From NCBI GenBank assembly GCA_964624905.1, contig CAZUYK010000003.1, positions 7,923-71,922 on the forward strand: 64,000 bases of DNA. Reading direction: 5' to 3'. This stretch comes from an uncultured Candidatus Peribacteria bacterium. GTDB taxonomy: Bacteria > Patescibacteriota > Gracilibacteria > Peribacterales > Peribacteraceae. The notes beneath the pieces are model-generated. The model ran no database searches and was not told where the DNA came from. It saw only the letters and a list, made by a program, of their open reading frames with translations. Position 1 is the stretch's first letter. The number at the start of each line of letters is the position of its first letter. The position numbers were made by a program, and so were the translations under genes. Below, one piece after another: positions 58,504 to 64,000 of the stretch.

Positions 58504-59064
58504 ATGATGTCTAGCAGCTTACGTAAGGCCATCAGCGAATCGAGAGTAAACGGCGAAGAGCCAAAACTTCAAAAAGAAAAAATGGAAGTTTTAAGAAGCC
58601 AATATCCTGATTTGTCATGTGAATTTGTGAGATCATTTGAAGAGCCATTCTCATGTTTTATTTTTGGTTTAGGCTTGAGTTCAAATCAAAAAGCAATCAG
58701 GAATGATCCACGGTTATTTTTTCAATTCCAAGATAAAGATTATTTTGAATCCGACAGTTTGGCAGTGAGGCTCTTCGAATATTGCCTTACACCTTGCGCA
58801 AAAGAGGAGTGTGAGAATGGAGACTTGGTTCTGTATTTTAACAAAAGTAATTGCGGATTTATTTCCGCATCGCATGCAGGGCAAATTGAAAATGACCTAA
58901 TTGTATCCAAGTGGGGCCATTCACCTTCCAATTGTGTATGGAGACATAAACTTGAGCATGTACCCGTGACCTACCAAGACGAAACAGGGAATGTTTCAGC
59001 TCGCTTCTTCAAAATTGATCGTGATCTTTTGGCATCCTATTTGAATGCAAATTGTATTTATTGA
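58504..59064 (+). CDS. hypothetical protein (AT-rich islet)
   Basis: 186 aa. It contains GDLVLYFNKSNCGFISASHAGQI...SKWGH, a Cys/His pattern of uncertain meaning. Confidence 0.55.
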   Translation: MMSSSLRKAISESRVNGEEPKLQKEKMEVLRSQYPDLSCEFVRSFEEPFSCFIFGLGLSSNQKAIRNDPRLFFQFQDKDYFESDSLAVRLFEYCLTPCAKEECENGDLVLYFNKSNCGFISASHAGQIENDLIVSKWGHSPSNCVWRHKLEHVPVTYQDETGNVSARFFKIDRDLLASYLNANCIY

Positions 59065-59345
59065 ATAATACTTGAACCTGAAGCGCTGGTGTTATTTAGA
59101 ATTTTAGATTCGATCTCGCTAACTCTTAGATCAAGGTTATACATTTGAAATAAAGTCAGTCCCAATGTTGCAATCGTTGCGATAGCTAAGATCCAAGTAG
59201 GACGAATAAGTTCAGCTTGCAATCGATGGTCGAGAGCAATTTTCGCCATAATAAATTCTGGCGAACCAGTTGGCTGATTGCCAAGAAATTGGATATTTTC
59301 TCTCTTCGAAGCCTTTAGTTGCCTTTCTAATAAATTTGGATCCAT
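59058..59345 (-). CDS. small membrane-anchored protein (AT-rich islet)
   Basis: Trimmed to MDPNLLERQ because the upstream part of the ORF overlaps the tRNA. One TM helix, WILAIATIATLGLTLF. Confidence 0.45.
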   Translation of the reverse strand: MDPNLLERQLKASKRENIQFLGNQPTGSPEFIMAKIALDHRLQAELIRPTWILAIATIATLGLTLFQMYNLDLRVSEIESKILNNTSASGSSIIQ

Positions 59346-59367
59346 CAGTGTTCTAGTAAACCCTATA

Positions 59368-59454
59368 TGGTGCCGTGGAGAGGACTCGAACCTCCACAAG
59401 ATTACTCTTACACGCCCCTCAAGCGTGCGCGTCTACCAATTCCGCCACCACGGC
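59368..59454 (-). tRNA. tRNA-Leu (anticodon GAG)
   Basis: The reverse complement is GCCGTGGTGGCGGAATTGGTAGACGCGCACGCTTGAGGGGCGTGTAAGAGTAATCTTGTGGAGGTTCGAGTCCTCTCCACGGCACCA. It has a 7-bp acceptor stem, anticodon loop TT-GAG-GG, a long variable arm, a T-arm GGAGG-TTCGAGT-CCTCT (terminal G-T pair) and an encoded CCA. Confidence 0.95.
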
Positions 59455-59560
59455 ACGTGGTTTTGTTCGCGAGGGATTTCACAATGAAAGAAAGACCGAG
59501 GGCCAAAGTGTACCAATATTAACACGCAGGGCAACCCGGAATTAGCCTTCCTGAGGCTAT

Positions 59561-61528
59561 TTAAAGGCTTTTTTCCTCCGCTCCTTCTACCGGAGCGATG
59601 ACTTTCTTCTTTGTCTTGCGCTTCGTCTCGATCGCCTCGGCGGAGGTCTTTCCTTCGAACAGCTCGATGAATTCCTCGGCACTGAGCGTCTCTTCCTTCA
59701 TCAACACCACCTCGATGCTGCGGAGCTTGTCCTCGTGCTTCACGAGCATGTCCATGGCGCGCTTGTACTGCGCGTCCAAGGTCGTCTTCACGAACGTATC
59801 GATCTTGCGTGCGCTTTCCTCCGAGTAGTTGCGTGCCAGGTGCGGATCCACGCCCGTGGCCGTCATGCCGTTGGATTCGCCGTAGGCCACGAGTCCCAGT
59901 TCCTCATCCATGCCGTAACGCATCGCCATGTTGCGGGCGATCAGCGAGGCGCGCTCGATATCGTTGGATGCACCCGTGGAGATGTCGTTGAAGATCAGCT
60001 TCTCCGCGGCACGGCCTGCGAGGAGTCCGCAGATCTCATCGAGGAATTTGTTGCGGCTGGTGGTGTACTGGTCTTCCTCCGGCAAGAACCACGTGACGCC
60101 CAGGGCTGAGCCGCGCGACACGATGGAGACCTTGTGGAGCTTGTCGGATTCCTTGCAGAGGTGGCCGACGATGGCGTGGCCGAGTTCGTGATACGCCGTA
60201 ATCTCCTTTTCCTTCTGCGTCAGCTTGCGGGACTTGCGTTCGGGGCCGATGCTGACTTTTTCGAGGGCATCCACGATATCCTGCTGCGTGATGCTCTTGC
60301 GGTTGCGCTTGGCGGCGAAGATGGCGGCCTCGTTCATGACGCTCTCCAGGTCCGCTCCCGTCATGCCCACCGTCTGGCGGGCGATGGCGTTGAGGTCGAT
60401 ACCCTTGGCCAGCGGCTTGTTGCGGGCGTGCACGGCCAGGATTTCCTCGCGTGCATCGATGTCGGGCTTATCCAGGTAGACGTGGCGGTCGAAGCGGCCC
60501 GGACGCAGCAATGCGCTGTCGAGAACGTCGGGGCGGTTCGTGGCGGCCATGACGATGACGTTCGTGCCCTGCTCGAAACCGTCCATTTCGGTAAGGATCT
60601 GGTTCAATGTCTGCTCGCGCTCGTCGTGTCCTCCGCCGAAACCGGCACCTCCGCGCTGGCGGCCCACGGCGTCGATTTCATCGATGAAGATGATGCACGG
60701 CGCGTTGCGCTTGGCGCGGACGAACAGGTCGCGGACGCGGGACGCTCCCACGCCGACGAACATTTCCACGAATTCGGAACCGGAGATGGAGAAGAACGGA
60801 ACGCCCGCTTCGCCGGCGACGGCGCGCGCGAGCAAGGTCTTGCCCGTTCCCGGCGAACCGACCAGCAACACGCCCTTCGGGATCTTCGCGCCGATATCGA
60901 GGTATTTCTTCGGCGCCTTCAGGAAGTCCACGACTTCGACAAGCTCCTCCTTTGCCTCCGCCACGCCCGCCACGTCCTTGAAACGCGTCTTCACTTGCTT
61001 GGCGTCCGCCACGCGCGCGCGGGACTTTCCGAACGACATGGCGTTGTTCTGGCTGCGCGAGATGCCCCGGAAGAGCCAGACCACTCCTCCTATGACCAAT
61101 ACGAAGAAGAGGAGATCCGGCAAGACGGCGAAGAACATGTTCGCCGCTTCGCGATTCTCCACCTGCACGACGGTCGGGTTCCTGGGATTGTTCCAGCCGA
61201 GCTGGCTGACGGTATCGAGGGTCTCCTTGTAGGACTGCAATACGACGCCCGTGGACGTCGTCGCGTAGACCTTGTTGTCGCGGACGAGGATCTTGCTGAA
61301 CCTGCTCTCGTTGTACCCCTTCGTAATCTCGCTGATGGAAACCTCCTTGGCCATCGCGTACTGCTCCTCCTGGCCGCGCTCGGGGGCGGTGAGGTAATAG
61401 AATGACAACGACAAAAGGGACGCGAAGAGAAGTAGGCTCAGGAGCCATTGCTGTCGGTTACCCGGTGATCTGCGCGGCGTCATTGGAATACGTCGCATTG
61501 TAGCGCGTTTTCGGCGATAGTCACGCAT
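59561..61528 (-). CDS. ftsH: ATP-dependent zinc metalloprotease FtsH
   Basis: Walker [12 protein letters not shown] region, and HELGHA zinc site. Confidence 0.95.
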   Translation of the reverse strand: MRDYRRKRATMRRIPMTPRRSPGNRQQWLLSLLLFASLLSLSFYYLTAPERGQEEQYAMAKEVSISEITKGYNESRFSKILVRDNKVYATTSTGVVLQSYKETLDTVSQLGWNNPRNPTVVQVENREAANMFFAVLPDLLFFVLVIGGVVWLFRGISRSQNNAMSFGKSRARVADAKQVKTRFKDVAGVAEAKEELVEVVDFLKAPKKYLDIGAKIPKGVLLVGSPGTGKTLLARAVAGEAGVPFFSISGSEFVEMFVGVGASRVRDLFVRAKRNAPCIIFIDEIDAVGRQRGGAGFGGGHDEREQTLNQILTEMDGFEQGTNVIVMAATNRPDVLDSALLRPGRFDRHVYLDKPDIDAREEILAVHARNKPLAKGIDLNAIARQTVGMTGADLESVMNEAAIFAAKRNRKSITQQDIVDALEKVSIGPERKSRKLTQKEKEITAYHELGHAIVGHLCKESDKLHKVSIVSRGSALGVTWFLPEEDQYTTSRNKFLDEICGLLAGRAAEKLIFNDISTGASNDIERASLIARNMAMRYGMDEELGLVAYGESNGMTATGVDPHLARNYSEESARKIDTFVKTTLDAQYKRAMDMLVKHEDKLRSIEVVLMKEETLSAEEFIELFEGKTSAEAIETKRKTKKKVIAPVEGAEEKSL

Positions 61529-61541
61529 CTAAGCGAGTTTT

Positions 61542-62021
61542 TTACGGCTTGTATCCGGCCGCTTCCGCGGATTGCCGATCGGGAAAATACACGCGGTTCT
61601 TGGGCAGAAGGCGGTTCCCCATGGCCGAGGTCACGTCGTAATACTTCTTGCCGGTTTTGGAAGCCACGTACTTCATGCCGGGCGGGACGGGTACCTCGAC
61701 GACGATGGGCAGGCTTCCGTTCATGACACCCGCGAATGCGCCACTCCCTTGTGCGACCAGATCGCTCCCGAGCAGCAGCCTGGCGTCGCCGTACAGCCGC
61801 CCCTCGAATCGTCCTGCCGGCGCGGCTTCGATGACGACCGTAGGCAGAGCCGCGGCGGCGTCGTCGACCTCGAACACAAGGGCATCCGATTCCCACAGGA
61901 ACGCCGATGCCATCCCCATCGCCATGCCCGCGCAAACGCCGATCAGCAATAAAAGAACGCGAAGGATTTCTTCACGCGCGGAAAGCATGGAGCGCCAGGC
62001 ATGTGCGATTGTTTGCCTCAC
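61542..62021 (-). CDS. membrane-anchored protein with C-terminal Ada/sunset-like (Cys-less) motif
   Basis: TM helix LRVLLLLIGVCAGMAMGMA. The C-terminus is KYVASKTGKKYYDVTSAMGNRLLPKNRVYFPDRQSAEAAGYKP. Confidence 0.6.
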   Translation of the reverse strand: MRQTIAHAWRSMLSAREEILRVLLLLIGVCAGMAMGMASAFLWESDALVFEVDDAAAALPTVVIEAAPAGRFEGRLYGDARLLLGSDLVAQGSGAFAGVMNGSLPIVVEVPVPPGMKYVASKTGKKYYDVTSAMGNRLLPKNRVYFPDRQSAEAAGYKP

Positions 62022-62031
62022 GCTTCCAGTA

Positions 62032-62490
62032 TCACCGCCCGCGCTTCAGATGCCATCCCCGTCCCACCATATATGTCTTGATAAATCCTGACGGGACTTC
62101 CAGAGCCATCGCTGCCGGTTCCGCCGAAGCGTAGATCGTGCAAGGATCGGCGGCGCACGGAACCATCGACGCACTGGATACGAAGGAGCCGTCGGCATCG
62201 AAGAAGACAATGTCCAAGGGGATCAGCGTATCTTTCATCCAGAAGGAGAGAGGCTGCTCCTGTTCAAAAACAAAAAGCATCCCGGTTCCTCCGGACAATG
62301 CCGTACGATGCATGAGCCCGCGCTCCCGCTCGGCCGGAGTGTCCGCAATCTCCACGTCGACGGTGATGCGCGTCTCTTGCCGTCCGGTGAGAGTGACTGT
62401 TTCCATCGATACGGAGGGTGCCAAAGTCATTGCGAGCATCCCCAGAATGATGACGCAAACGATACCGATGAACCACTGCAAGCTTCTCAT
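62032..62490 (-). CDS. DUF192 domain protein
   Basis: ADTPAERERGLMHR...GMLFVF...SFWMKDTLIPLDIVFFD. The ATG at 62490 overlaps the rpe stop. Confidence 0.85.
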   Translation of the reverse strand: MRSLQWFIGIVCVIILGMLAMTLAPSVSMETVTLTGRQETRITVDVEIADTPAERERGLMHRTALSGGTGMLFVFEQEQPLSFWMKDTLIPLDIVFFDADGSFVSSASMVPCAADPCTIYASAEPAAMALEVPSGFIKTYMVGRGWHLKRGR

Positions 62491-63119
62491 CCCCGGATCT
62501 TGGAAATCGCGTCGGCCCTGTCGGTCGCAAGGAACACGGCATTGCCCGCGACGAGATTGTTGGCGCCGGCCTCGCGGCACAACGCGGCGGTTTCCACGTT
62601 GATACCACCGTCCATCTGGATCATGAGGTCCGGGAAGCGTTCGCGCAGCTTCACGACCTTTGCCAAGACAGACTGATCGAAGGGCTGGCCGGAGAAACCG
62701 GGCTCCACGGACATGATAAGCACAAGATCGACATCTTCCACCACATCGTCGATGTCTTCCAGGGGCGTTCCCGGGCGCAGCGCGATTCCGGCGGTCGCAT
62801 CACCATCGCGGATGGCTTGTATCAGGGCTCTTCGCGAATCGGTCTGATGCACCGCCTCGGCATGGAAGGTGATGTTCTTCACCTTGAGCTCCAGGAATTC
62901 CTCGATGCGGTCCTCGGGATTTTCCACCATGAGGTGGATGTCGAGCGGGAGTGTGGTGCGCAAATGCTTGAGAATCGGGGCGCCGAAGGAAAGGTTGGGA
63001 ACGAAGTGTCCGTCCATCACGTCCACCTGCAACCAGTCGGCGGACGAGACGCTGTCCACTTCGTCTTGGAGGTGACTGAGATCGGCCGCGAGGATGGAGG
63101 GGGCGACAAGGGCTTTCAT
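62487..63119 (-). CDS. rpe: ribulose-phosphate 3-epimerase
   Basis: APSILAADL..., HFDVMDG-type motif (QVDVMDGHFVPN), and MSVEPGFSGQ. Confidence 0.95.
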   Translation of the reverse strand: MKALVAPSILAADLSHLQDEVDSVSSADWLQVDVMDGHFVPNLSFGAPILKHLRTTLPLDIHLMVENPEDRIEEFLELKVKNITFHAEAVHQTDSRRALIQAIRDGDATAGIALRPGTPLEDIDDVVEDVDLVLIMSVEPGFSGQPFDQSVLAKVVKLRERFPDLMIQMDGGINVETAALCREAGANNLVAGNAVFLATDRADAISKIRG

Positions 63120-63562
63120 GATGCGAGGGGGGTATCGAGATCGTTGATGCGTGCGATATGGCGCCCTCCTTCGAATGCTGTCGTAAGGAAGATGTCGACC
63201 AAGGCACGAGCGAGATCGGGTTCGATAAGGCGTGCGCCAAGGCTCATCACGTTTGCATCGTTATGTGCGCGTGCGAGTCGGGCGGATTCCTCGGACCAGC
63301 ACACGGCTGCGCGAATCCCCTTCACCTTATTGGCTGCCATTGCTTCTCCATTGCCGCTACCGCCGAAGAAGATGCCGGGAACGCCTTCGTCCACCACGAT
63401 CCGCGCACCGGCGCGCATGATGACGGGATAATCGACGGGATCCGTGGAGTCCGTTCCCACATCCTCCACCTCAATCCCCTTTTCTTCCAAATACGCTTTG
63501 ATCTCCTCCTTCAGGTGGAAGCCGGCGTGATCGGTCGCGAGAACGACTTTCGAGATGCTCAT
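63116..63562 (-). CDS. rpiB: ribose 5-phosphate isomerase B
   Basis: VVLATDHAGFHLKEEIKAYL and GSGNGEAMAANKVKGIRAA. The start is either 63562 or 63580. Confidence 0.93.
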   Translation of the reverse strand: MSISKVVLATDHAGFHLKEEIKAYLEEKGIEVEDVGTDSTDPVDYPVIMRAGARIVVDEGVPGIFFGGSGNGEAMAANKVKGIRAAVCWSEESARLARAHNDANVMSLGARLIEPDLARALVDIFLTTAFEGGRHIARINDLDTPLAS

Positions 63563-63839
63563 AATGTAAAAAGGATACATGATTCTGAAATAGAATTAAG
63601 AGATGATTTCTCTCATACTTTCTTGTCATGGCGAGAAGAAAGTATGCAAAGAAGCGCTCCCGCGACCAATTTTCCCACTCCGCTCGCCCCTTCACCCCCC
63701 GTGGTCGCGGGTACCCTCCAGTCTTTGCCTTGAAACAATTAAAATAAGTTGCGTCGAACGAGGGCTCCGCCCGACGTGCAGACGCTCCTTGCCCGGAGGA
63801 TAGCTCATGAAAGGAACCACGGAGTGGTGCCTTTCATGC

Positions 63840-64000
63840 CTATTTCTTCGCGAGCCCTTCGATCGCCTTCAGCACTTCCACCGGAACCATCCATACCGTC
63901 GTGTTGGATTGGTCGGAGCTGATGTCGTTGATGCTCTGCAGCGTGCGCAGGTGCAACGCGCCCGGAACAGTCGCGAGCATTTCCGCGGCCTTGGCCATGT
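63840..64000 (-). CDS. SPFH/band-7 (stomatin-like) protein, C-terminal fragment (gene runs off the right edge)
   Basis: The minus-strand translation ...AKAAEMLATVPGALHLRTLQSINDISSDQSNTTVWMVPVEVLKAIEGLAKK* is a typical stomatin/slipin C-terminus. Confidence 0.6.
   Translation of the reverse strand, partial: MAKAAEMLATVPGALHLRTLQSINDISSDQSNTTVWMVPVEVLKAIEGLAKK

Larger units (their letters stand above)
58402..59367. other. AT-rich islet abutting the 3' end of tRNA-Leu
   Basis: Composition drops after 58401 and returns to backbone level at the tRNA. Confidence 0.6.

Noticed and set aside
58350-58550. Searched for a direct repeat of the tRNA-Leu 3' end marking the far border (att site) of the AT-rich islet.
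   Set aside because: Only a trivial 5-6 nt similarity (TATGGT) was seen by eye. That is not enough to claim att sites or a mobile element.
60134-61405. 423-aa plus-strand ORF.
   Set aside because: It is antisense to FtsH.

Overview
Gene-dense, GC-rich bacterial chromosomal segment (high-50s %GC by eye, not computed), read with the standard code. I can support about 75 protein genes and one tRNA-Leu(GAG). I saw no rRNA, no CRISPR array and no intact transposase or integrase. Housekeeping anchors are PBP1A, TypA/BipA, NAD-dependent DNA ligase, FtsH, pyruvate kinase, enolase, Rpe, RpiB, PilT, PolX, a P-type cation ATPase, Ogt, TrhO, a ZIP transporter with a Fur/Zur-family repressor, and an ECF sigma factor. 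Much of the rest is small exported, lipoprotein or membrane proteins with Ser-rich linkers, plus envelope functions: GT2, a flippase-like protein, DedA/PAP2, polysaccharide deacetylase, DsbB, DipZ, and an 874-aa LamG/TSP3/SLH wall protein. The repertoire (archaeal-type SAM synthetase, orphan CofE-like ligase, TrmB-like HTH, PilT, sunset-type domains, many orphans) resembles small-genome uncultivated lineages (Patescibacteria/CPR-like), but that placement is inference only. Three AT-rich islands interrupt the backbone: 33.0-33.95 kb, about 40.65-44.59 kb, and 58.4-59.37 kb beside the tRNA. The most interesting observations are these. (1) The 40.65-44.59 kb AT-rich block has edges inside two intact sensor genes, a TrmB-HTH/TM/Cache regulator and a histidine kinase, and carries three orphan genes. 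(2) A string of an aaRS-like orphan, an Asp/Glu racemase, a CofE-like ligase and archaeal-type MAT sits behind a structured leader that ends in an intrinsic terminator. (3) Two tandem paralogs with degenerate Nudix-like boxes lie beside PolX. (4) A TAnnnT (often TGnTAnnnT) -10 element sits exactly 6 nt before the ATG of many genes, implying widespread leaderless mRNAs. (5) A decayed DUF2075-type nuclease/ATPase gene lies in an AT-rich islet. All functional calls rest on motif recognition by eye; no database search was possible.
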